Position numbers and translations under genes: made by a program
Notes under the pieces: generated by a model
What the model was told of the DNA's origin: nothing
The model's input: the letters and a program-made list of their open reading frames with translations, nothing else
The model's database searches: none
Shown here: positions 37,546-46,650 of the stretch, piece by piece
How the letters are laid out: each line of letters starts with the position of its first letter
How positions within the stretch are numbered: the stretch's first letter is position 1
Source of the DNA: Promethearchaeia archaeon
GTDB lineage: Archaea; Asgardarchaeota; Lokiarchaeia; Sigyniarchaeales; SOKP01
Reading direction: 5' to 3'
Length of the DNA stretch: 64,000 nt
NCBI GenBank assembly: GCA_046483985.1
Contig: JAWOCD010000110.1
Span: 22,638 to 86,637 of the forward strand

Positions 37546-38355
37546 ATGAAAAAGAAGAAATACTGCATAATCTTAGCAATTTCGGTCTCGCTTTTATTAG
37601 GAATTAGTTTTTTCTTAGTTCCACAAGCACACGCAGAAAGCCAGGTTCCATCGGATTACTCTGAGGATTTGAGTCTAAATAAAACCTACATTTATAATGT
37701 TACTGGATTTGATTCGGTCCTTTATTTTTACGATTATCATTATAATAGTATCGCCAATGTAAGCTCAAATGATGGAGGGCAGATTTGGATCAATTTCACT
37801 GGGTTCTATGACAAAGACTCGGCAGATATGAATACATTTTCAGAGCCCGTTCCTTATCTCAATATATCGTTTTGGAAAAAAGAATCTAATTCTATGGTAT
37901 TAAATGATACCATTTCAAATGTTTCTAGCAGCCTTGCAGGGTATGATTTAGCAATGGCGTTTAACGATTTCAGGCCAGGTTTTCTCATTCCCACAGAGGA
38001 TACCGACTCCGTAATTCAAAAAGCTGAAGATGAAGAATTGGGTTATATTAATGGAACGGTTGAGACTCAAGAATTTAAGTATTTATCCATGCTTGATATC
38101 ACATTTAAAGCCAATAATACATCTCAAAATACAACTCTAATTTACGATACGGAAACAGGAATTTTAGAATATTGTGAGGTTGAGAGCACATTGGGGCCTA
38201 ATTTTGGACTAGAACTGCATGAAATAAAAGATCTTGGCTACGAAGAACCCGCAATTTCCGGATTTTCGGTAATATTCCTTCTGTTATCAATAGCAGTATG
38301 CTCTGGAATTATTTTGCTAAGATTGAGAAAGAGAAGAAAAAAATATCAATCTTAA
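37546..38355 (+). CDS. secreted/surface protein with signal peptide and C-terminal TM anchor
   Basis: N-terminal KKKYCIILAISVSLLLGISFFLVPQAHA, many N-x-S/T sequons, and C-terminal hydrophobic helix + RKRRKK. Confidence 0.4.
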   Translation: MKKKKYCIILAISVSLLLGISFFLVPQAHAESQVPSDYSEDLSLNKTYIYNVTGFDSVLYFYDYHYNSIANVSSNDGGQIWINFTGFYDKDSADMNTFSEPVPYLNISFWKKESNSMVLNDTISNVSSSLAGYDLAMAFNDFRPGFLIPTEDTDSVIQKAEDEELGYINGTVETQEFKYLSMLDITFKANNTSQNTTLIYDTETGILEYCEVESTLGPNFGLELHEIKDLGYEEPAISGFSVIFLLLSIAVCSGIILLRLRKRRKKYQS

Positions 38356-38414
38356 AATTTTTACATAACAAATAAACATCTATTATTTTTTTATTATTTT
38401 TTGGTTTAAAACCT

Positions 38415-39023
38415 ATGGAAAAAAGGAAAAAATATATTATAATAGCTTTTATTGGTTCTTTATTGTTTTTGGGATTGATCCTCTATAATTTTAATGTTAT
38501 TCAGATCAATCAAGATGAAAATGAAATAGAGGAAGGAGACAATGAGGATACCTCTGAAATTTATGAACCTGAAGAGGGAAATTTCTCCGGTATAGCTTTA
38601 ATCGTAGATTACAATAACGGTTCAAAAAAAGTCGAGGATGAAATCAATGTAGATTCGGGAAATGATACTGTTTTTGATATTCTATTAGCCTATTGCGATG
38701 TCGAATACACCGAATATTCTAATGGAGAGGTCTTTATTGAGGGAATAGACGGAGTACGGAATAAAAATTCGAACAATTGGCTATATTGGGTTAACGGAGA
38801 ATATGCTGAAGTTGGCGCTGCTTCATATCATGTTGAAGACGGTGATGAAATTAAATGGATTTATGGAGATCAAAGCGATGAAAATGGCACCAGTGATAGT
38901 AATAATACAGAGATTTCGATATCTGGGTATTCAATTACGATAATTATTTCTGTGCTGTCTTTCGGTATGATTATCGGAATGTACCATTATAGAAGTGGCA
39001 TGGTGGAAAATAAGAGTTTTTGA
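38415..39023 (+). CDS. DUF4430 domain protein with N- and C-terminal TM segments
   Basis: DTVFDILLAY....EGIDGVRNKNSNNWLYWVNGEYAEVGAASYHVEDGDEIKWIY is the typical DUF4430 (transcobalamin-like) pattern. Confidence 0.55.
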   Translation: MEKRKKYIIIAFIGSLLFLGLILYNFNVIQINQDENEIEEGDNEDTSEIYEPEEGNFSGIALIVDYNNGSKKVEDEINVDSGNDTVFDILLAYCDVEYTEYSNGEVFIEGIDGVRNKNSNNWLYWVNGEYAEVGAASYHVEDGDEIKWIYGDQSDENGTSDSNNTEISISGYSITIIISVLSFGMIIGMYHYRSGMVENKSF

Positions 39024-39061
39024 ATTTTTAAGAATTTAAAATAAGAAATTAGTAGTTTCCA

Positions 39062-39499
39062 TTACATATCTTCTGCTTCTACTTTTTCCAAGAGCGGCTC
39101 CATTCTTTTAAATGCTTTTCTAATTTTATGGAAATAATACCCCAATTTATACCCTTTTTGACAATTGGTAAAGAGCATGAAGTTGTTATCCTTTGCGCCT
39201 ACTAAGATGATGGTATATCCTTCATTTCCTCGTATGACGATATCACGAAGTTCTCCTTGCTCGAGCCCTTCACTTATTTTTTGTCCTAAAGAAATAAGCG
39301 TTGCTGGACTTGCGCTATAGACATCAGCAACTACATCGGACGTTTCTGAACTTGCAATGCGGAGTCCTTGCTTCGACACCACTGCAGTTCCCTCTAAATC
39401 GGTACTGCTTTCTAAATCTTCGAGAGATTTCATAATCTCGATGAGGGTCTCTTTTCCTACATCAGGTTGAGAGAAATCGATTCTCTTTTTTTCTTCCAT
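39062..39499 (-). CDS. Roadblock/LC7 (MglB-like) domain protein
   Basis: LEGTAVVSKQGLRIASS......ASPATLISLGQKISEGLEQGELRDIVIRGNEGYTIILVG is the Robl/LC7 fold pattern. Confidence 0.7.
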   Translation of the reverse strand: MEEKKRIDFSQPDVGKETLIEIMKSLEDLESSTDLEGTAVVSKQGLRIASSETSDVVADVYSASPATLISLGQKISEGLEQGELRDIVIRGNEGYTIILVGAKDNNFMLFTNCQKGYKLGYYFHKIRKAFKRMEPLLEKVEAEDM

Positions 39500-39564
39500 T
39501 TTTACGTCTCCTCGTACTATTATAAATATAGTTTTTAAAATTTTAAATGTTTTTTCTTGTATTT

Positions 39565-40977
39565 TTATTTGATATGAAAACTCCGTAATTCTTTCAAAAT
39601 GACGGGCTCTGATTTGTCTATCTCCGAGATATCTTCTTCTGTTCCCACGATGACCGCGCCCTTTGTCCCAAAACTACCGAGAATTTTCGTAAAGGGAGCT
39701 TCCAGTTCTCTCCCGGTAATTTCTTTCGCTCCCTTGACACTTTGAGCTAATCCTTCACAAACTATCCCTTCAGAATGCTCTAAATATTTGATTCGCCCTT
39801 TCTTATACTTGTATTTGTAGAATAATGGCGCTTGTTCGTGGGTTTTCAAAAGATTTGCTGATCCGATTATCCGCAAGGTGGTTGGGGGGAGGTCCAATCG
39901 GCTTAATAAGAATATGACTTTATTTTTTGGAATTAATATCCGCTTGTTAAACCGAAGAATAGCCCGAAATTTAGATTGGGTCTGAGAAATGGACTTTTTC
40001 AACCGTTTCCCCTCAATCTCTTTATAAGGATAAATATTAGCCACATCTGTTTCCATTCCAATAGTGACGTGCACTTGCGTTCCAAATTCTGTTTTTGGTT
40101 TGAAATGCTCCGTTTTATTCACAATAACTTCCGCAATAGTGCAGAATTCAAACGCGTTTTTATTATCAGTTACATATGTTCCTCGGTAGACCTTATCAAT
40201 GTCAATATTTTTGATATTAACCCCTACTCGATTACCTGCCTCGGCAAAATCAACATCCTCGTGAAAGATTTGGATGTTTTTAACTTTTCCGGTTTCATTT
40301 ATAGGGAGTATGTAGACCTGTTGATCTTTTTTCAGCGTTCCCGTAATTAGCGTTCCCGTAATGATCGGTCCTAAACCTTTTGCGGTAAAGTGGTGATCAA
40401 TCGGAATGATCACATCTCCGTCTGTATCTCTGTCGATTTCTAACGATTTAATCAGATCGAAGATTCCTTCTTTTAACTCTGTGAATCCTTTTTTTTCTTT
40501 TGCTGAAACAGCAAAAATGGGAACATTCTTGCCAAATGAAGTAGTTTTAAAGAATTCTTGAATGTTTTCGATTTCTTTTTCAATATTGCCCTTGAATAGA
40601 TCTATCTTATTTAAGACCACGATGATGTTTTCAATTCCTAAGGATTCGATCATGACTAAGTGCTCTCCAGTCTGAATCTGCGGCCCTTTGTTGATATCTA
40701 TTACTAATAGTGCACAGTCAATTATTTCCACCGATGATGCGCTAATTTTAATTAAATCTGCATGCCCAGGTCCGTCTACAAGCGTAATTAAATACTCATC
40801 CATAAGAAAACTGGTGAATCCGATATCAATAGTTATTCCCCGTTCCTTACTCTGTGGATGAGCATCGATTCCTGCCGTAGAGATAATCTCGGACAATACT
40901 GAGGCAACTGCTGTTTTGCCGGAGTCAATATGACCAAATAACCCAAAGTTGATAGGAATTTTTTCTTCGATATTCAT
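39565..40977 (-). CDS. selB: selenocysteine-specific translation elongation factor, archaeal type
   Basis: G-domain motifs GHIDSGKT, DGPGHADL and NKID. RLDLPPTTLRI and LAQSVKGAKEITGRELE...GSFGTKGAVIV match my recollection of Methanocaldococcus SelB. The length (470 aa) is the same class. Confidence 0.88.
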   Translation of the reverse strand: MNIEEKIPINFGLFGHIDSGKTAVASVLSEIISTAGIDAHPQSKERGITIDIGFTSFLMDEYLITLVDGPGHADLIKISASSVEIIDCALLVIDINKGPQIQTGEHLVMIESLGIENIIVVLNKIDLFKGNIEKEIENIQEFFKTTSFGKNVPIFAVSAKEKKGFTELKEGIFDLIKSLEIDRDTDGDVIIPIDHHFTAKGLGPIITGTLITGTLKKDQQVYILPINETGKVKNIQIFHEDVDFAEAGNRVGVNIKNIDIDKVYRGTYVTDNKNAFEFCTIAEVIVNKTEHFKPKTEFGTQVHVTIGMETDVANIYPYKEIEGKRLKKSISQTQSKFRAILRFNKRILIPKNKVIFLLSRLDLPPTTLRIIGSANLLKTHEQAPLFYKYKYKKGRIKYLEHSEGIVCEGLAQSVKGAKEITGRELEAPFTKILGSFGTKGAVIVGTEEDISEIDKSEPVILKELRSFHIK

Positions 40978-41103
40978 CTTAACTACTAATTATAATTAAC
41001 CAATAAATAAAATCTTACAAAATTGGACTCACAAAATTTAATTAATTTAAATTTGATTTTAATAATAACAACAAGATTAATAATGTTTTGAGGATTAAAA
41101 AAT

Positions 41104-41955
41104 ATGACTCGACATTGCCCGTATTGCGGGGAGCCAGTCAAAGATGATGATAAATTTTGTATATCGTGCGGAAAACCTCTTATTTCCAACATTCCTTCCG
41201 AAGATAAGATAAACGAGAAGGAAAAGAAGAAGCAAAAAGAAGAAGAAACAAAAAGGGATAAAGAGGAGAAAGAAGAGGAGAAAAAAGAAAAAAAGAAAAA
41301 TGAGAAAAAAGCAGACGAAGAGAAGAAAGAGGAAGAAGAGGATTTACCCGAATTACCAGAAGAGATTAAACAACAAGTAGAATATCGCCTTGATTTAAAC
41401 AGGCTAAAGATCACTAAACAAAAACTGGGTAGAAAATTAGAGAAAATTGAAAAAGCAATGGAGGGAAATAAATACGATGTAGACGATGAATATGCTCAAA
41501 AAATAAACTCGCAGTTACAAGCTATAAAAGAGATCTCCAACGATCTAAAAGAAAAAGAACGGTCAATCGAAAGTAAGATTGATAAACCCTTTATTACGGA
41601 ACAATTGAATTTTGAAATTGACACCAAAAAAGACCAATTAAAAAGCATTGTGAGGGATTATAAACTCAAAAAATTAAAAAAATTCGCAATGAAGGACTTG
41701 AAGAAGCAATACAAAAAGGAGCTTAAAGATCTCAGAAAAAAGAAGGAAAATATCATTACCAATATAGAAAAATGGCTGGCAGAAATTTCAATGAAAAAGA
41801 CCAAATTGAAGAAAGAACTTGAATATGAAAAGGCAAAATTTTCCGCGAAAGAGATTTCGGAGGAAGAGTACGAAAGAAGCAAAAAGGACTTCAAAAAAGA
41901 TATGAAACTCGTTGAGTTGAATATTGAGACGCTCAAAGACTTAACATCTAAATAA
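41104..41955 (+). CDS. zinc-ribbon protein with long K/E-rich coiled coil
   Basis: N-terminal CPYCGEPVKDDDKFCISCGKPL, followed by about 250 aa of charged heptad-like sequence. Confidence 0.45.
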   Translation: MTRHCPYCGEPVKDDDKFCISCGKPLISNIPSEDKINEKEKKKQKEEETKRDKEEKEEEKKEKKKNEKKADEEKKEEEEDLPELPEEIKQQVEYRLDLNRLKITKQKLGRKLEKIEKAMEGNKYDVDDEYAQKINSQLQAIKEISNDLKEKERSIESKIDKPFITEQLNFEIDTKKDQLKSIVRDYKLKKLKKFAMKDLKKQYKKELKDLRKKKENIITNIEKWLAEISMKKTKLKKELEYEKAKFSAKEISEEEYERSKKDFKKDMKLVELNIETLKDLTSK

Positions 41956-42021
41956 TCCAAGCACAAATAATTAAAATAATAATTAATTTCAATATCTATA
42001 TATAAATAAAGAGCTGTTTAT

Positions 42022-42144
42022 ATGAGAAAAAGAATAACCACATTTATCCTATTTTTACTCTCATTATCTTTATTAACTTTGGGCATAATTGAAGTGCAGT
42101 ATAATTTGATAAACAAATTTTATCAAAAAATGGCGGCTTTTTAA
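42022..42144 (+). CDS. possible 40-aa membrane micro-protein
   Basis: ATG ORF MRKRITTFILFLLSLSLLTLGIIEVQYNLINKFYQKMAAF, not in the ORF track. Single TM helix. No other support. Confidence 0.2.
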   Translation: MRKRITTFILFLLSLSLLTLGIIEVQYNLINKFYQKMAAF

Positions 42145-42188
42145 TTAAGTTTTACACCTATTTTTAAAATAAGAAATGAATAAATGAA

Positions 42189-42494
42189 TTATTCGCCTAA
42201 CCAGCGTCCCGTTTCTCGAGAAGATTCATCATTTAGAAAACCCTTTTTCTGATATAATTTTTCGTCAGATTTTTTAATCTTTTTGGCTTGCTTATAGTGT
42301 TTTTTGCAGAGATATATCTTATGGTGTCGATTCTCGGCATAATCCAATTTCGCCTTTTTTGCATAGGGACCCCATTTATTTTCGGATAATGACCGAATTG
42401 CTTTTTTGGAACACCCTTTTATAGAACATCGCTTTGTTTTACCAGATGCTCTTTTCAATTCTCGCTTTTCTCGTAATTCTTTAGGCAGTTTCAA
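42189..42494 (-). CDS. small basic Cys/His-containing protein, function unknown
   Basis: 101 aa, Lys/Arg-rich, with CSIKGCSKKA ... HHKIYLCKKH suggesting a zinc-binding nucleic-acid-binding protein. Confidence 0.35.
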   Translation of the reverse strand: MKLPKELREKRELKRASGKTKRCSIKGCSKKAIRSLSENKWGPYAKKAKLDYAENRHHKIYLCKKHYKQAKKIKKSDEKLYQKKGFLNDESSRETGRWLGE

Positions 42495-42577
42495 TTGACT
42501 CAGACCTCGAATAAAAACTTTAAGATTTATTATAAATTACTAAATACAATAAAGCTTAAAATTTTTTTGAAAATTGT

Positions 42578-43315
42578 ATGCCCCCTGACTCATTAATCTT
42601 TGATAAATCAGAAATTCAAAGGAAACTATTTGCCCTTGATTCCCCCAAACGGATCAAATTAAAGGGTGATGAGTTTTTTACAAAATCAGCGATATTATTT
42701 ACCATTATTCGGAATGATACTCATCCTTACAAACTCCTTTTGATTCATAGGACGGATAGAGGGACAAAACATCGTAATGAGATTTCATTTCCCGGGGGAA
42801 GACATGAACCTGAGACGGACGTCTCTCTCATTGATACCGCAATTCGAGAAGCCATGGAGGAAATTGGAGTCTCAAGGACGGATGTTGAAATATTAGGATG
42901 TATGCACGATTTTCCCACATTAACTCGATATATCATCACCCCAATAATTGGCGTAATCAATAAAAATCAGAGATTTTGCAAGCAAGAGACCGAAGTAAGG
43001 AGGATTCTTAAAATTCCAATCGATTACTTTGCAGATAAGCACAATTTTAATGAACGACTTTTCATAATCAATCATAAAAAGTTTCCCGTATATTATTACA
43101 ATTATTTTGATGAGGTTCAAAAGAGAATATATACTATTTGGGGGGCGACAGCTCATATGATCCAAGAATTTCTCCATCATATTTATTCTGTTCAGTTATC
43201 TGAATCGGGTATTAAAAGATTCACCATTGAAAAAATAAAAAACTTGAAGAATAATCTCAAATTCAAGAGAAAACTATCAAACGGATTTAACCCTCAAAAA
43301 GATAAACAAAAATGA
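42578..43315 (+). CDS. Nudix hydrolase, CoA pyrophosphatase-like (NUDT7/8 type)
   Basis: Nudix box FPGGRHEPETDVSLIDTAIREAMEEIGV preceded by SAILFTI. Confidence 0.7.
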   Translation: MPPDSLIFDKSEIQRKLFALDSPKRIKLKGDEFFTKSAILFTIIRNDTHPYKLLLIHRTDRGTKHRNEISFPGGRHEPETDVSLIDTAIREAMEEIGVSRTDVEILGCMHDFPTLTRYIITPIIGVINKNQRFCKQETEVRRILKIPIDYFADKHNFNERLFIINHKKFPVYYYNYFDEVQKRIYTIWGATAHMIQEFLHHIYSVQLSESGIKRFTIEKIKNLKNNLKFKRKLSNGFNPQKDKQK

Positions 43316-43974
43316 AAGAAGCGTTAATCCTTGATGAGGAGAAAATAAAAAACCGGTTGTATAATTTTGAGGATTCAAAACGTCCTTGTTTTGATGATGC
43401 TCGATTTATTAAATCTGCGGTTATAATTCCCGTAATCTCTTATCCCGATAAACCCTTTGAAATCCTATTTATAAAAAGAACTATTCATAAGGAGGATAAA
43501 CACTCGGGGGAAATGGCATTTCCAGGAGGTAAATACGATCCTCAAGTGGATAAAAATCTTAAAGAAACTGCATTAAGAGAAACAGAGGAAGAAATAGGTA
43601 TTTTTGAATCGAATATTTCCGTATTGGGATGCTTGAAGGACCAGATTACCCCCAAAAAGTTCATTATTACCCCTTTTATTGCAATTATAGAGAACAATGT
43701 TCAATTCTTGAGCGACAATGCTGAGGTGGCTGAAATTATAAAAATTCCGATTAATTATTTTCTGAATGGAAAAAATTATTTAGAAAGGACGTATACTTTA
43801 AAGAATACGCTTATAGCGGTCGGTAAGTATAAATATTGGCATACTAACGGAAAAAAATACGTCATTTTTGGAGCTTCTTGTCATATTCTCGTTGATTTTA
43901 TTGAAACCATCTACCAGATTAACTTAATGAACAAAAAAGCTCGAAGATTGCAATGTGCTGATTTTTCTAAATAA
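43312..43974 (+). CDS. Nudix hydrolase, CoA pyrophosphatase-like (tandem paralog)
   Basis: Nudix box FPGGKYDPQVDKNLKETALRETEEEIGI. It overlaps the upstream paralog by 4 nt (ATGA). Confidence 0.7.
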   Translation: MKEALILDEEKIKNRLYNFEDSKRPCFDDARFIKSAVIIPVISYPDKPFEILFIKRTIHKEDKHSGEMAFPGGKYDPQVDKNLKETALRETEEEIGIFESNISVLGCLKDQITPKKFIITPFIAIIENNVQFLSDNAEVAEIIKIPINYFLNGKNYLERTYTLKNTLIAVGKYKYWHTNGKKYVIFGASCHILVDFIETIYQINLMNKKARRLQCADFSK

Positions 43975-44130
43975 ATACGTAATATTTTAAACTGAGAAGG
44001 AAATTAAACAATTTATAAAGCTAATTTACATATATATCCTTTTTTGACTTTTATTAAAAATTAATAAAAAACAATTACTATCCAAATCACTATTTAATAA
44101 AATAAAAAATTATAAGATGGTAAAAATAAA

Positions 44131-44712
44131 ATGACTGCTGATAGCGAACTTGCAAACCCTGCCCCTCTAGGGCTGATGGGATTTGGTATGACCACAGTGC
44201 TTTTAAATCTGCATAATGCAGGGTTATTCCAATTAGACACGATGATTCTAGCGATGGGAATATTTTATGGTGGTTTAGCCCAAGTAATAGCTGGTATATT
44301 AGAATATAAAAAAGGGAATACATTTGGAGTGACTGCCTTTACATCATATGGCTTCTTTTGGTTATCTTTCGTTTTTCTAAATGTTCTACCAAACCTTGGA
44401 TATTGGTCTGTAGAAGTTTCTTCAGTTTCGGATGGTTGGTATTTGTTCATGTGGGGTATTTTCTCATGCTTTATGTTTATAGGGACTTTAAAAAGCAATA
44501 GAGCATTACAGTTTGTTTTTCTTTCTGTATCTTTATTGTTTTTAATTCTCGCAGCCTCGAAGTTTTTGAATTCCTCTCTCATTGGCACCATCGGGGGAAT
44601 CGAAGGTATAATCTCTGGCTCCAGCGCAATTTATTTAGCGATGGCAGAAGTTATAAATGAATCGCATGATAAAACAATATTACCAATCGGCGAACCTTCA
44701 GAAAGAGATTAA
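44131..44712 (+). CDS. satP: acetate/succinate uptake channel, GPR1/FUN34/YaaH (SatP) family
   Basis: NPAPLGLMGFGMTTVLLNLHNAG and FGVTAFTSYGFFWLS signature motifs. 6 TM. Confidence 0.85.
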   Translation: MTADSELANPAPLGLMGFGMTTVLLNLHNAGLFQLDTMILAMGIFYGGLAQVIAGILEYKKGNTFGVTAFTSYGFFWLSFVFLNVLPNLGYWSVEVSSVSDGWYLFMWGIFSCFMFIGTLKSNRALQFVFLSVSLLFLILAASKFLNSSLIGTIGGIEGIISGSSAIYLAMAEVINESHDKTILPIGEPSERD

Positions 44713-44999
44713 ATATTAAAACGACCACGAAGAAATAAAAAAAGAATACAATTATTTTTCTCATTTTTTTCTCATTTCTTTTATTTTTCAAGACTAAAGA
44801 GATTTCCCGCCATCCTTGATCTTACATCTTATGCATGCGTTTCTTTTTCCTCTCGATATATTTTAACGATCTGCGAAAGAAGTCCCCATTTTCATTTAAT
44901 TTGAAATTATGAATTAAAATCGAAAATTTCTTTTACAATTTTTGATTATTAAGGATGAGAATTTTTGATAGTATATCAGTTCAAAAATTCAATTAATAA

Positions 45000-45092
45000 G
45001 GCCCTTGACGGTCGGAGTGGTCTCTGACGCCAGACTTCAAATCTGGTTATCCTGCGGAGGGATAGGGGTTCGATTCCCCTCGAGGGCCGCCA
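45000..45092 (+). tRNA. tRNA-Sec (anticodon UCA) with encoded CCA
   Basis: 9-bp acceptor stem (45000-45008 / 45080-45088) and 7-bp D-stem GTCGGAG/CTCTGAC with 4-nt loop. Anticodon loop CT-TCA-AA (anticodon at 45037-45039). Long variable arm TATCC-TGCGGAG-GGATA, 4-bp T-stem GGGG/CCCC with TTCGATT loop, discriminator G, then CCA. Confidence 0.9.
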
Positions 45093-45134
45093 TTTTACCT
45101 TGATATGAATAAATAACTATGTGTTGTCCTAATT

Positions 45135-46505
45135 ATGGTTGATTTAAGTAAGATAAATAAATATTTCGAAAACTCGAAAATCCCCAAAAATATGCTCAAA
45201 CGGGGTCAGCTTGTTTTGAATGAATTCTTGAAACCCATTAAAATCCTTTTCGAACAAAAGGCACTTCCTGATGAGCCATGGAGTCAAGAGCAAATCAAAT
45301 ATTTGTTAGATACGCTTTCCCATATGGATACGGATAAGGACAGAAAGGCCGCCCGGGTGGGCGAACGGGAAGCACGAATTGCCTCGAAACTTAATCTAGA
45401 GATCTCAGCTGGCTTCTGTCATGGAATAGGTCGAAGTGGATTTTTAACTGATCCCCAACCGAAAGCTCCTGGGGGGTCCATCATGTATGATATTGCAAAC
45501 TACGTTGCGCGTGACTTTTTACGAAAATTTGGATTGCCCAATATCAAAAAAGCAATTGTTGTGCCTATTGCAACTGGTATGTCTTTAGCTCTTTGTTTAG
45601 CCGCATTGCGTCCCGATTGGGATAATGGTTCTCTGCTTCATAAGAGAAAGATTTTGGTCCCCCGAATTGACCATAAATCCCTCATCAAGGGGATCAAATT
45701 GGTTGGAGTTACTCCAAAAATAATCGATGGGAGGATTTTCGGAGATAGTGTCCGTGTTCCTATAGAAGATATTAAGGAGGCATTTGACGAGGACTGTTTT
45801 GGTATTATATCTGTTACCAGCTTTTTTCCCCCGAGAGAGCATGACGCCCTCAAGAAAATAAGTAAATTCGCCAAAAAGAAAGATTTATGTCACATTGTTA
45901 TTAATGCCTACGGAGTACAGAGTCCAGAGTGGATGAAATTGATTCGCTCCGCTATCGATGCGGGACGAGTGGATGCCATTATTCAATCTACGGACAAAAA
46001 TGTATTGACTCCCGTAGGCGGAGCAGTTATTGCCTCTCCCTCGAAAAAAGTTATTGACACTATAAGTCAAACATATGCCGGACGTGCTTCTGCCACTCCC
46101 GTGGTAAATTTTCTCGTTTCTATTCTTTCTTTAGGAAAGCAAGGATATGAAGAACTAATAGACAAACAGCAACGACATCATAATTTACTCAGGAAAAAAC
46201 TACAAAAATTCGCCGAAGAAATCGATGAACGGATCTTGGATACATTTAATCCTGTAGCTATCGCTATGACTTTAAATCATCTGCCAGAGGAAAAGTTAAC
46301 TCAATTAGGTGGAGCGCTCTATAATTTGAGGGTAACGGGACCGAGGGTCTATAATCCAGATGAAAAAATGTTCGGATTTTGTTGTGAAGATTATCCGTAT
46401 CCCTATATCGTTATGAATGCGGCAATAGGCTCCCGCAAATCGGACATTTTAACCGCAATAGAGCGACTTAAAAAAGCCTATGCTCAAGTTAAAAAAACCT
46501 CCTAA
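45135..46505 (+). CDS. spcS: O-phosphoseryl-tRNA(Sec) selenium transferase (SepSecS)
   Basis: VGEREARIAS, HGIGRSG....PQPKAPGGS, VVPIATGMSLALC, INAYGVQS, STDKNVLTPVGGAVIA (PLP-Lys region) and YAGRASATP align closely with human/archaeal SepSecS as I recall it. Confidence 0.93.
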   Translation: MVDLSKINKYFENSKIPKNMLKRGQLVLNEFLKPIKILFEQKALPDEPWSQEQIKYLLDTLSHMDTDKDRKAARVGEREARIASKLNLEISAGFCHGIGRSGFLTDPQPKAPGGSIMYDIANYVARDFLRKFGLPNIKKAIVVPIATGMSLALCLAALRPDWDNGSLLHKRKILVPRIDHKSLIKGIKLVGVTPKIIDGRIFGDSVRVPIEDIKEAFDEDCFGIISVTSFFPPREHDALKKISKFAKKKDLCHIVINAYGVQSPEWMKLIRSAIDAGRVDAIIQSTDKNVLTPVGGAVIASPSKKVIDTISQTYAGRASATPVVNFLVSILSLGKQGYEELIDKQQRHHNLLRKKLQKFAEEIDERILDTFNPVAIAMTLNHLPEEKLTQLGGALYNLRVTGPRVYNPDEKMFGFCCEDYPYPYIVMNAAIGSRKSDILTAIERLKKAYAQVKKTS

Positions 46506-46650
46506 ATGGAAGATTGACAACATCAAAATTTTTAAAAAATATAAATATTATCTAAGAATTTAAAATAATAATTCTTTGAAATGAAATTATAAAAATTATC
46601 AATACTTCTTAGAATTTAGTTCGCTTTCGATAATCAATGGTTATAAAAAT

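Noticed and set aside
40986-41414. 142-aa Ser/Phe-rich ORF antisense to the 5' end of the K/E-rich zinc-ribbon gene
   Set aside because: It is a classic shadow ORF: the antisense of GAA/AAG-rich coding sequence gives TTC/CTT (Phe/Ser/Leu) runs. The same reasoning applies to 28246-28458, 33647-33895, 41658-41966, 20938-21234 and 61055-61282.
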